DNA of 64,000 bases, taken from assembly GCA_040954595.2 (NCBI GenBank), contig CM082576.2:13581129-13645128 (forward strand), given 5' to 3'. This DNA is from Balanoglossus misakiensis (taxonomy: Eukaryota > Animalia > Hemichordata). Both the position numbers and the translations under genes were made by a program. Of this stretch, positions 14,089-26,560 are shown in pieces. Each line of letters opens with the position of its first letter. The first letter of the stretch is position 1. A model generated the notes under the pieces. It searched no databases. It was not told the origin of the DNA and saw nothing but the letters and a program-made list of their open reading frames with translations.

Positions 14089-14892
14089 GGCTGCATTCAC
14101 AAACACCTCTGGAGGGGGGGGGGGCGGGAGAATTCAATTTTTTTTACCGCTAATTTTCACATGCCCCCCTTCCGAACTGCCAATATTTTCAAATCCCCCC
14201 CTTCCGAACTGCCAAAATTTTGACATCCCCCCCCCCCATTTTCTTTCACAGAGCAAAACACATCACCTATCTATCTTGTAAAAAGAAAAACAGCGCTCCC
14301 ATGAAAAGAATTTGAAACTGATGTTTCCCCTCATCAGTGGGTATTAAAACTGAACATTGTTTTTATTTTTTAAGTACATATATTTGTATTCTGTGTTGGG
14401 AGACATTGTAAACCGAGAATTGAAGGGGGTGGGTTTGGGAGGGGGTGTCCCCCTCCCACGTAAGAAAATTTTCTAAAATACAGAGCTCAAAGCTGCATTT
14501 TAATGAACCCGGCAAAAGCAAATTAACTCAACTACCGGTATGTTGGGGAGGACAAATTTAACCATCGCCGCTCAAAGTTATCATGGGGTGGGGCAAGTCC
14601 CCTGACCTGGGACACTAGATAAACCAGTCAATGATTGAAAGGTGTTGATGAATGGAGGGGGTGGGTGTGGGAGGGGGTGTCCCCCTCCCACATTAGAAAC
14701 TTTTGTAAAATAAAGGGCGCGAAACTGCATTTTTGTGGACTCAAAATAAATATTTAGTCGTTAAAGTTTTCAAGTCCCCCCCTTTCAGTCCCTAAATTAT
14801 TTCAAATCCCCCCCTTACATACCCTCAATTTTTTCAAATCCCCCCCCCTCAATTCTCCTGCCCCCCCTCCAGAGGTGTTTGTGAATGCAGCC
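14089..14892. mobile_element. Non-autonomous PIF/Harbinger-type DNA transposon (MITE, 804 bp)
   Basis: TIR GGCTGCATTCACAAACACCTCTGGAGGGGGG...GGAGAATT at both ends; TAA TSD at 14086-88 and 14893-95; no internal coding capacity. Confidence 0.9.
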
Positions 14893-17051
14893 TAAATATT
14901 TTCCACAAAATACAAGCATCATAGGTTCTTGGTTTCTGTCGTACTTTTTGCCGAAGCACACCCAACCTAAGTACCTTTATTGTACTACATGTAGTCGGAA
15001 AGCTATAGGCTACCCACTAACTCCAACAAGCAGGCTTTACTAACTCAACGACTTACTTTTTGGTATAGGCCCTCTACCATTAGTCATATCGTTTACTAAT
15101 ATATTGTAATAAGGGCACAGAAACACGATGGTATGACTTGACTCGATGCGATTGACGTTCGGGCCTACAGGAGTGGGGTGGTAGCTTGGCTCAAACGTAG
15201 GCGGTTCATGGAATTAACGAGGTGTTGATGGGTGGGGAGGTGTTCTCGTTTGGGAAAATGTAGACGATTAAAAATGAAAGCAAAGTAGCACGTTGTTATC
15301 GCCTGTCACCGGCTCTTCTCTGCATCTCATTTGTAAGCACCGGCGCTTTCCTTTCTTTTTTTCTGGCACACTATTTTCTCCGAATCATCCCTCCCTGTGG
15401 TAAGATTTTGATTCTTCCCTTAAGGGTGGACTATTCGATATCCGAGAGGGATGGAGTATTTAGGAGCAAAAAATTGCCAACCAACTCTGAAAAAAGTGCT
15501 TTATCTCTGATCTACATAAAGTACAAAAATGCTTGCGGGGAGGCCTAAAAATTGTTGTGATCGATGCACTTCACCCGGTCCACTTTGTCTGGTTCGTATT
15601 TTAAAAAGTTCATATTTGTTGACGTTGGCGTTTCTATAGAAAATAGAAATAAACACCACACCATTTTCTGTGCACGGAACTGTTAATTAGGGGCCTATTT
15701 GGCAACAAAAGGTTCAGCTTTGCATAAAATTACAGACAGTCTTTGATTAAGTATGTCTCTTTAAAACTTGTGAAATGTATACCCTGTATTTAAAATACCC
15801 TAGTATTTTAGAAGGCATGTACTAAGTGAGGTGATTCATGTCTGTGAAACCCCGAAACATTAATTCCGGTTGACATATTGACTTTGTAGATATTTAAGAA
15901 TCTATCGTATGTTTTCTTTCAACAGACCCCCTCCAAACATATGTGAAGTGACCGTGATGAAACCCAAGGGGTGAAATATTTGTTATAAAAATGGACGTTG
16001 TCGGTGATAAAAAAAATTGCAAAAGAAAACTAGTTTAGGCCTACATACATTAAACTGATGCGAAGTCTAAAGAGCTCACTCTAAATTCTTCTGACCCAGG
16101 CATGATTACCGAACGATATGAAAGTAAAAAAATGACCCCACTCCAAATTCCTCAGATGAATACCTGATTACCAAAAGATTTCTAGAATTGCGAAACATAG
16201 CAAAGTGAACTTGGCGCCATCAGAAGTGTCGTTTCGAAAAATGTAAGGCCCATATTGAACTATTCATACATGTACATGTATATGGTTGGTGTTTTTTCAA
16301 GCTTCAATTTCTTGGTAAATTTGAACCCTTATCAGGAACATATGGCATACTTTTTGTTCGTGATAATAAACTTAAAATCGATCAGCCTACGCGCCCTGAA
16401 ATTGAACTGTTGAAGAACTTGAGAGGGCCTTTGAATCACGTGACTCGATCATGTGACCCAACAAATCGCAAGCATCCCTTTTCAGCACCATATCCAAACT
16501 CTGTCTCCAAGGTTACAGTTTACAGACTTTGCGATTTTGGTGATGCAGATGACCAGAGTTCAAGTTCTTGAAGGTAAAAGCCAAAGGTAATTTTCAATAT
16601 TTCATTTTACACTTCAAACACAGACTCGGGCAGTTTGTCTCGAAATCCAAATCATCTCCTTGGCATCATTATCAACTTTCATGCATTACATCCATCATTC
16701 AACGCCTCAAAGTTCACGGGCTGTGTTGTGGCCAAGTCCGCGGCCCAGTCACCTCTTTGTGCAGTGACTGCCGCAGTGCAGCGCCCAGAACCCCTCTGCT
16801 TGTCGAAAAAGTGATGCAACACGTCCAGACTCCAGACCAAGTCGTTTGTTTCCTGGTTGGTCACTCGGGGTCGACTGGCTATGTGTCATTGGCTTTTTCT
16901 CAGTTTCTATGACATATCAAGTCAGCTCCAGAGTGATTCCCGCCCAGAAAACAAGCGACTATGAGTCTAGACTTTAGCATTTGTAGCTGCAGTACTTCAT
17001 GTAACGAGAGTGTCCAGCTACAATATGGCACATATGATAGCAGGACAATCA

Positions 17052-17242
17052 GGGGAGAACCATTTGATTTCCGGGTGGGGGGGGGGGGGGCGGGGGGTGA
17101 TAGATGGTGCAAAGGAAAACATTCTTCTGCAATGTCTTGCAAATAAGTTGGACTGGCAACAGAAACAAATTCCTGTGACATTGGCTGAAAAAAATTGCTG
17201 ACACCCAAATCCTCCACCCCCAGAAATCCAATGGTTCTCCCC
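17052..17242. mobile_element. PIF/Harbinger-type MITE (191 bp)
   Basis: TIR GGGGAGAACCATT(T/G)GATTTC; flanked by TCA / TTA (3-bp TNA-type TSD with one mismatch). Confidence 0.8.
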
Positions 17243-17888
17243 TTATTGTCACACTAGTATATTGGGGCTAGAGTCAGTCCAATTTGTTCCATTGAAGTTC
17301 CTCCACAGGCCATGTACCAACATTATTTGTCACCTCCTAAAATTGTAAACATTACTGTGAACCAGTGCCTATTGATAAAAACAGAAATACTTGCACACCA
17401 TGATGATGATGATGAGTTTATATATACACATTTATTCTTCTGTTGTTCATTTTGTGTGATTTTGTAGTGAACTTTGGGGAGTGAATAACCACCAGCTGCT
17501 ATGAATTCAACGTCCATGTACATTCTTGGAAGCCAAAAATTCACCTCCTCTCCAAAATGCTCAACCAAAAATAAGCCCTGGCAGATTACATTTGGGAAAC
17601 TGTGGAATTATGAGTGGGACATTTAAATATTCATAAGCAAACACATCATTGGAATTATTAGCCAATCAGTGATCAGTTCACAACTGCCTGTATGATTGCT
17701 ATCATGGGATACCATATCTGATTGGCTCTGCTGCATAGCTGAATCTGTGTGACACCTCCACGACTATGAAAAGTCATCTGTAAGTGTACTTGGGAACCTT
17801 AAAATATTTACAATAACTGTTTGCACTCTTCAAAGTTTTATCATATTACATGTACTTCATGACCCTAACAGCTAAATGACTGAGGAAC

Positions 17889-17904
17889 TGACCCGATATG
17901 ACCC
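17889..17904 (-). promoter_or_regulatory. DR4 nuclear-receptor element
   Basis: TGACCC-GATA-TGACCC. Confidence 0.3.
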
Positions 17905-19786
17905 CCACTTAGGTCTTGAGTAAATACATGGCTTGGCCGATCAGCAGCCTTCCCACATCATATAAAAAATATTATTCTTTGTTCAGACTATGAATGGGGC
18001 AAAGTAATTCTACTGGTATGTCATATAAAGAAATGGTTATGCACACACGGGGTGCTGATTACAAGAGCATTTTTCTCACTCTGCAATGCAGGTATCAGAC
18101 GCTGGAAAGTTGACTTTTGTACGATACACCATTACATGTAATATGATCTTAAGCCTTTTGAGTGAAGATTTATTGTATGATGAAATATTAATGTATAGTA
18201 AGTTGTTTGAACTTGCGTCTAATCGATGTGTGTGTGGTGTGAAATACATGATTGAGTGCATTGGGTACAATGTGACATTCAGTGAAGGATTGCAGTCTAC
18301 ACATGCTAATGCTAACAGTAGCATACAAGCGGAGAGGCATAATCTCATTTGAATAATGCTTCTGTAGTTCAACTGCACATCTCTATATAATGGAGCAAGC
18401 CATAACTTCTGTCTGTTATCCCTACTGTAACGTGTGAATTAATTCATCTTTTATTCTTCATAATCAAAAGTTCATGGTAAGAGTAAGACATCAGAGTTCA
18501 ATAATGTTGTCAGATATCAAAATTATATTTATTGGAAATCATTAAAATGAAACCATGCAATTTAAAAACTCATTTTACTCCACTAAGCATGGGACCATTG
18601 CATGAAACCAAATCAACAAAGTAATTGCTGAATCAGCATATTTTCACAAATTGATGTTTCTTTGTTTCACTGGGTGTTTATTTAGAAAAATGGAATGGAA
18701 ATTTCTGCAATGTTTTAGATGTTCAAAGTAGTTTTTAAGCAGTTCCTTATAAAAAAACTAATGAAGAGGAAGAACTAAGTGACTGTGCTCATAATTAATT
18801 ACAATGTTGGACACTAATAAATCTTGAAAATTAAAAAAAAGAGACTCATACTTTTCTATTCTTATCAGAGACTTTTCTCAATGAAAACCTGTATTGATCT
18901 GCTTCAAAGGCATTGTAGAATTCTCTTTGTCAAAGTCGACATGTTTTGTTCGACAAAATACCTGCAAAATCATTAACCATCATTAATGGGAGAAATATTA
19001 ATATTAGTAGCCAGTATTTATAGAGAAACTTGTCTAATCTGGGAACCTTATGGTAATCTGTGTACATTTACAACAGAACCGTTTTCTTGGGCCTGTTGGT
19101 GTTATATTTTAGGTTACTTTTTGCTTTTTTGGTTGTAGCTAAAATGAAATATTCCCTAGATTTTGCATGTCATTTGTGTACAATACATAGATGATACACT
19201 CGATACGACCAGTAGGAGAAGTCCCTTTCCTTCATTGCCAGTTGCTAATTGTCTTTTGTGTAGTATCATATATCAGCCATATATATTGGAAAATGTGAGT
19301 AATATGAAGAATAACGGCTGCTGCATCACAAGGCTGTAGTCTGCTGGCGCGTGATTGGCCCATATGTTGGCCTTGCTGAGTCACAGCTCTTTAGATAGGC
19401 CACGCTTTTTGCATTGACCCTGACAAGTATAAGTTTGATGTCAAAGGTCACGTGTACTTTATTTTGTGATACTCCTGAAACCCTGTCTCAAGTTTTGGTA
19501 AAAAAATATGCAAAATATTTTTTTTTTTAATTTTTGAATAATATTGCTTGAAAAAATAACTTTGATGAAGATGTATTTTTCATTTTGCGGTACTTGTGTG
19601 TACGTGTGTTTACCTTGCATATAAATGCGATAACTTCTTGATTATTGTCGTGCATACATCTACGCATTTAATCATCATAGTGATTGACTGTAAAAGATGA
19701 TGAATTTTTCATGACCCAATCCCATTCATTGCTTGACAATTAACCGTCTGATGCTGGCTCAACAAACCCACGCAACGTTATTAGAC

Positions 19787-19844
19787 CAGACCTGAAACAA
19801 CAGTGTCTGTATTGTCAGTCGGTCAGGCCTGAAACAACAGGGTC
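19787..19844 (+). repeat. 21-bp imperfect direct repeat
   Basis: CAGACCTGAAACAACAGTGTC (19787-807) and CAGGCCTGAAACAACAGGGTC (19824-44). Confidence 0.8.
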
Positions 19845-19889
19845 GCTCTGGCTCTGAACATCCGATCGGGCTTGGCAGTGAAAGATATA

Positions 19890-20600
19890 GATAATGCCTC
19901 TAGGTGACGAATTAGCCGTGTAAATCAATATGTATGTCTGATTACTCCTGTCAGGTGACAGCTTGGCTTTCTGGTGCAGCTTTAAAATGACCCTAGTCCA
20001 TGGGTGTACGGTTTCATATTCAGAGGCGGCGGCATTGTCCCCGCAGTGAGACATCAGATGTTGCATGCGCTGGTGCTAATGTTTCAAGGTTGCATTAAAA
20101 AAAGTGTAACGCACAGAGGCTAATTAGATTGCCGTAATGGTTGCAATGGACAGTATGCTATTCTTAGAGGATATCGCCAAATGGCCAGGGTAAAAAAAAA
20201 AAAAAAACTGAACACGCAATTATGATGCAAGAAAAGAGACAGGTACTTAATTATTGATCGGGATATAAATTAACACTGATGGTTAATTAGTTATCTTTTG
20301 AATGGCAGTTACGGCCGGCAGTTATATCAATCCATCATCGGTGCGAAGATCGCCAGTTCGACTCTAATTCAGAGGCTGGCGATCGAAACTCTCGGTGATA
20401 TAGATGGTAAGTGTTGAAAATGAAATCTCAGTGATGTGAGCGGTCGCTCGCGCCCGTGTAAACTGACATGAGTGACTACCGCCTCACCCCGGGCCCGGGA
20501 GGAATTCCCTTCATTGGATTTGTGAACTCGCAACGAGATTTCCACCCGTCTAATTCGATTCCGCGCAATTAGTTGTGTTTACAGGTAAAGAAGCGCGTTG
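19890..20600. promoter_or_regulatory. Enhancer/CNE-like block
   Basis: CpG-retaining unique sequence with GTAAATCAAT, TGATTA, CCTGTCAGGTGACAG, CATTGT, CTAATTAG and TTAATTA clusters. Confidence 0.4.
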
Positions 20601-22185
20601 ACTCGGCAGACATGTAAATTTGAACGTGGACGCGTAACAGAATGTGCTCACTTCATAGTTGTGGATTCAGACTTGGTTTCAGTTTGCCCGCTGTCGCAAG
20701 TATGATACAGGCTCTGACAACACTTGCTAGAAAACAGTGTTTGCGTTCTTTTATGTATCATATGTATAAAAATCACATGGTGTGGCCCGCATGGTAATTA
20801 CATGGAGATCTTTCATCAAAATGTTGTAGATATTGTCTATAGTGACACATTGGTTCAATATTGATCTGGAGTGTTTAATTATTAATAATTATTTTATTTT
20901 ATTTATTTTTTGGGGACAAAACACTGCCTCACAAGCAGAATTCCAGGAGGCCACTTCTCACAATGTTTATCACATTTGCTGCTTGATATTAGAAGCACAT
21001 CTTTTCAACTCCTATCTTTACAGAAGAGCAATGTTTCTATCTATATTTTCACTTTTTTTATATGGTTACCTATAACTTTGGGCATGATGTGTTTTTTGCG
21101 TCGGAAGAAAAGGAATTATGGTTCACTTCAGGTGTAAAGGAATGCATTTTCGATCCAGGAATGTGCAAATGGAAAGTGTTGCATCTGGTGGACACTATAG
21201 AGGGTTTAAATGACAAAGTGGAATATGGTATTTGGATAAACACAAGCCAGGATTAAGAAGAAAACGTTTGTCTGCGGATTCAATAGGATTGACATTGAAC
21301 GATTGTTCAGTTGAAGTGAACCTGGATTAGCAACGGTTAAAAAATGCTGAATTGATTTGAATGGTTTGTTAATAACAGAAGGTTACGTTTCAATGTCATT
21401 GGCTTTCAAAAACCCCAGACTCTGTTATTGTGCTTTTATGTTCAATCTTCATGGAGTACTGTGTGTTGTTTACTTATCAGTAGAAATTGTAAAAATTTAA
21501 CATTGGGGCATTGATGATAACCTCATGTGTAGAAAAGAAAGAATAATCCACATTCCAGAACAGTTTGACGTAAAATACGTGTCATTAGAAAATGAAATAT
21601 GGTGTAACATGTGTTGTAGACAACCGGAGTGAAACAGTTGAAGTCTGGATCTAGGCCAATTTAGTGACGTAGAGTAATTATACTCCATGAAAACAGTGAT
21701 GTATATGTAACAGTCTGACAACCAGCTATTTTTAAATCAATTATTCTGGTCATGAAAATTAATGAAAGACAGTTGAACAAAGTTGATTGAATTCTTGCCT
21801 CATATTCGGCCAGAAGTGTGTTTGCAAACTGTACCCAAATGATGGTTTTTACACATTGTGAGTTTTTTCGAATATGAGTCAGTATATACTCTAGTGACTG
21901 ACTCCGTTTTGGGGTTGACTGATTGAATTTGTTGCACAGGTATGCCCCGAAGGTTGGCCCTAACCTTCCTCTTGGGGTAGATGCCATCGACAAATTCCCT
22001 CCACAAATACTTTACGTTTCCTGCGCAGTTTATCTTAATACGGTTGCTTAACCCGCGGGCGAATGTGAAAAAGGTCTTGCTACAAGTTCTGATTAGAAAA
22101 TTGGATGAATGTTCCGCGCTGTCTTCTCTCGTCTTGAGTGAAGCAGAGTTGCACCACCTGACACCAGGCTTGAGTGAGTATAGAG

Positions 22186-22244
22186 CCAATCAAAAGTAGA
22201 CCGGCAACCATGGTAACAAAGGGGTGTGGGGTAGTCATGGTAAC
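22186..22244. promoter_or_regulatory. CCAAT box plus two RFX X-box-like motifs
   Basis: CCAAT 22186-90; GCAACCATGGTAAC 22204-17; GTAGTCATGGTAAC 22231-44. Confidence 0.35.
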
Positions 22245-22394
22245 AGTCACGTAGCCAGCTGTCAAACTGAGGTCTTGATCAGTACGCAGAAAATAAAGTG
22301 AAACTTTTAACAGACAAATTGTGACTGTACTTTTCTTGGATTTGTACATCATTCATAAGGCTATGACTGAAATTTGAAATGATGATGGCTTTAA

Positions 22395-22579
22395 AGGTAT
22401 ACGGTCACCCATTGAAAATTAGCTATAGTTACCATGGCAAAATGAGATCTAGCCAATCACTGATTTTCAGTGGGTGGCACAAGCGAAAAAAAGAGCGCCA
22501 CCATATGTTCTTTCGAACGCCCAAATACGCCATTTCAGCCATATATGGACGTATGTAAATTGGAGGTGACTGTATACCT
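22395..22579 (+). mobile_element. Kolobok/T2-like MITE family A, copy 1 (185 bp)
   Basis: TTAA TSD on both sides; TIR AGGTATAC(G/A)GTCACC; homologous to 54907-55090 and 56348-56436. Confidence 0.88.
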
Positions 22580-23599
22580 TTAATCCATGGCAGTTTATTA
22601 ACTCCAAAACGCAATATGCATAATTTGGTTCCAAAAGCCGCATTGTTCTTCATTCTTATATGTTGTATCATAAAATGAAACTGATGGCAAATTTTCATTT
22701 AGTAATGGTCATGAATGTTTTTTTTTACAATGTTTGACAGTTTGATTTAGAAAATTTTATTGTGACATTGCAAGATAGTATTGGTGCCTTTCTCTAAATA
22801 ATTTCTGGTCACAGAATATTTTTAGAACATAGACTTTGTTGTATTTTCTGGTGAAATAACTTTGCCGGCTATCTTACTTTATTGAGTTGATATAATGTAT
22901 GGGAATGCATTGTGTTCATGATGTGACCGAGAGATTGAGGAACAAATTTTCAGAGATATATTCTTTTGATACTGACTGAAACTTTAATAAAAATTTGTAG
23001 TAGTAATATGCAGTCATATACTTTAATAATAAAAATCCTAATTATGTCCCAGTGATGTATTTTGCACATCTTTGGTAAAAAATGATGAACTAAATTATAA
23101 GGTAACATTACATACAGGTAGTCTGTATTGTTTACTGTAGAATATTGTGAATCAAATGTTTAAATAAGGACACATAGAATTCAAAGAATTGGTATGACAG
23201 TGTTATAATAATTTATTTCTGTATTGTAGAAATCTACCACATATGTAGTAAAGTGTATTTTGCCAATTGTAAGCTGGTATTTTTATCATTTTAATATCCG
23301 CTGGAAAAAAAGAGCCCATCGTCGATCAGGTGAAATTGCTTGATTTTTGTGTGAAACAAGAAAGAGAGCAGAGAACAGGTCAATTGTCTTGACACGCTGC
23401 AAGGATATATGTGAAGTGGTTTTTCTGATTTGTCTCACAGATTCGCCAAGAAAATGAAATGTACATGTGCATTGATGACGTTCTCCAAGGAATAAGACCA
23501 CCGCGTCATAATCTGTTCACATCACTGCCGACGGAAATCTCCCTTGTCCTCTCTCGCGCAGAGGAGAGAGAGAGAAAAAAAAGAACTGCCTTCACTTGT

Positions 23600-26560
23600 T
23601 AGAACGTATATTTCCTATTAACACAAGACTGGCAAGTAGCATTCCTAACGGATCTACCGCTTCGGCTATTCCCATCGTGTCTGTCAATATGATTTTTTTT
23701 TTCTCAATTGACAATGATGACAACCTTTCCGGTTATCAGAGCCACTCGGAATTCACTCTTTGTTTCTCCATCAAAGGCGAGACAGAATTGCGGTCCTCCC
23801 AGCCGAGCGCGGTTTCCAATTGACTCTTCTTTTTTTCAAAATGCGCCGGTTAAAAAACCAAATAAAAAATTCCTGACGGGAGATTATCAGTCAGTGAATT
23901 CAAAGTTATTCCGGTGCGGTGTCGGGTGATCTCTTGTAGTGGGCTTTCTTTCCACTCGGAAGACAAACTGAGGATAGACTCATTGATTATGGATCGTCTT
24001 ATTTTTGCTGCAATGCAATTTCTAATCATTAGTTGAAACGCCATTGACAGCCATAGTTTGAGTTGCCTTTGTGTTGGGATCTGATTTCCATGGGAGCCGG
24101 CGTGGATGGCACTTCTGAGTCAAAGCCCTCTGTTTATCATTGTTACGCGCGCAAGAGAGGACTTGTGTGCCAATCAGAATATGATATCTCTGAAAGGGAA
24201 GAGCTCGCCAAAGTTAGCGATCTGGAATCTGCTGAATTGTAAATTACCCCTACAATCCCGTTCAGACTTCATTCAACGGGGACTTTCTAGCATCGGAATT
24301 ATCAGCTTCTCATTTCATAATTGGGAGGGCATTAAATTTGATTTCTTAAACTCGTCAAAGAAAAAATGTGTCAGTCTGCATGATAATTAAGCGTCTTCAG
24401 TTTCGTGTTCACTTTGTTTCGTCTATACCTGAGATGGAGATCACCGGAAGATTGGCAAATTGCACTTTGCATCAAAAAGGGGCTGCGACTGATTGTCTGT
24501 CGTACGGAAGAGGAGAATGATATTCCGCGTGTGTGTGTGTGTGCCGTCATCCTCGTTGTGAAGATCAGTCACTATCAATATATTGCAGTCACACACTATT
24601 CAAATAAGTACGTCTAATTTGTAATTTTATAACCGCTTTACCGTCAGCTTGTATCGGTCGCAGACTACTGATGTGATGGACGTGTTGAGGTTTTTATCAA
24701 TCGTACGCGAATTAGTATGCATCAGATATCGGCTATTCCCTGCCCCTCTTTAAAATGTACAAGTTTAAACGCAGACAGACAGAAATTACTATGGATGCAT
24801 GCGGGCGCGTAGGGTCGCCCAAACTTATTTTAACCCTTTCCAATTAGCATAAGTGATTACGGTGATTGTAATAATTAAATTCAGAGTAATCGCGATGCTT
24901 ATTGCATCTGCTGTATAACGCTGGATCGTATTTTGCGTGCAGCTCGGGACAGGCCGGCTGCACCGGCGGGCGCAGCTAGAGCGCAGCCTGCCGGCCCCTA
25001 AGGCTCAAATAATGAAAAATTAGTAAAATTGAGAATTAGGGACAATTTTGGAAGCTATCTGGCGGAGTAATCAGTGCTTGAGTGGCCCACTATTAGGTTT
25101 GTCTAATGATTCAGAAGTGATGACAATGTCGGCTGCGAGTGGCCCTAAGGCGGATTTATATTGAAATGCACGCCAAATGGGGGATGCGCCGCAGTACCTC
25201 AGGTGTATGCTTGGCCAACATGTCACTTAGACATGTTAACTCAAGCTCAGATTTTGTCAGTTCATCTGCATGCTTCCCTAAACCGCTGAGCAAATCAGAG
25301 CGTGAAGTGCAAATTTCACATTTGCCGAGCGCACTAAGCTGCTGTGTCAGCCGAAGCAATTGCTGTCAAGATTAGAATAATCAAATATGGTTAGGGCCAG
25401 AGCTCTGCTCTTTGATAGCAGCCATTAAACATTATCATTTTCTCCCCGTGGTATCAACTTTTGCTGCCGGTTGTGGCTGAGTCATTTTTTTTTCTCTCAA
25501 CAGTCTCAGAAGCGGAGATTGTTAACATGATCCAATTTCCTTGACTTGGTATTTTAATTTTTAAAATCCATGCTGATTTTGTGGTTTTAATTCTTTGCTT
25601 TGTACACATTATAAGTCGCATCATTCAGACGCCCTTTTTTTTCCTCTCCGACAAGCTGCTATGTCGTAGTAAAGTTGTAGAAAATCGATCAAATGGATTT
25701 TGTGTTATTTTGATTGGAATGTACTGATGTGTATAGGTATGCAATCAAGGCATTCTTGCACGCCCAGATGTTAACTTCAGATGCGCTTGCGAAAAGACTG
25801 ACGACGCGAACATACTTGGGCAGCACCTGGTTCGGTGGTCTTCTCGTGTACGGTCTGTCCAGTAATGATACCCCCGCTGCTGCGGTGTGTCATTCGCGAC
25901 TGTCTCAACATCCAACATCCCCTCAGGAGTTCCCAGTGTAGGGTGACACTTACCAGAGAGCTCCGGCAAACAGAAAAAGAATGTGCATAGCTCCCGCCAC
26001 TCCAAGAGTGGACTGATTAACGCTCATTAGTAGCCGGAGAAAAAACGTGTTCAAATCAAGAGAACCGGGGCGATTGTGCACTCGGCCAGAAAATTAAAGC
26101 GTTTACAGAGAGAGCGCGGTTTAGACACACACAGATAGCCCGGGTAAAAAAAATTAATGGTGCACATCAGTTTCGGCTAGACTAGCTCGTCTCTAATGAA
26201 AGTGTAGCCGGGGCGCGAGGCTTTAGGACCGCGCCGGCCACTCAGCATTACTTCACTTAATGGCCTATTCAACGCAATCAGACAAACTCCAAAACTGCAT
26301 TAAAAACACACGGGCAAATTGAGGCGGTGTGGAGATGCGTGGAATTTTGTCCGTTTATTTTTCGGCGTTTCCGTCTCCTTTTGTGCCATTAGGGTCGCGA
26401 GAAATGATAGTCATTGATGTGATCAGTAGCCGGGGCCATGCCTGCCAAATTAGTGTTTTCTCTCTTGATTTCTCAGAGGCGATGATCGGATGAGCACGCT
26501 CGACAAATAATATATCGCGCGCCCATGCCTCATTACGGCTACCTTCTCACAAACTTTGTT
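23600..26560. promoter_or_regulatory. Series of enhancer/CNE-like blocks
   Basis: Repeat-free and CpG-retaining; dense TAAT/ATTA, TAATCATTA, TGACAG, ATCAAAG/CTTTGAT and CATTGT motifs. Confidence 0.4.

Noticed and set aside
15180-15230. Pol III A-box-like TGGCTCAAACGTAGG (tRNA/SINE)
   Set aside because: No B-box or cloverleaf downstream.
15421-16170. Possible Harbinger element starting TAA-GGGTGGACTATTCGATATCC
   Set aside because: No convincing right TIR or TSD found.
16481-16500. REST/RE1 left half TTCAGCACC
   Set aside because: The GGACAG right half is absent.
16568-17030. Coding-like GC-richer segment with HCGSH and GHSRYMKYCSY on the minus strand, suggestive of a decayed transposase
   Set aside because: Several stops and only vague motif similarity; would need blastx against Repbase/Dfam proteins.
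20572-20590. Second AG|GT recursive-site candidate (TTGTGTTTACAG|GTAAAG)
   Set aside because: Short pyrimidine tract and weaker donor than the 3067 site; not distinguishable from chance.
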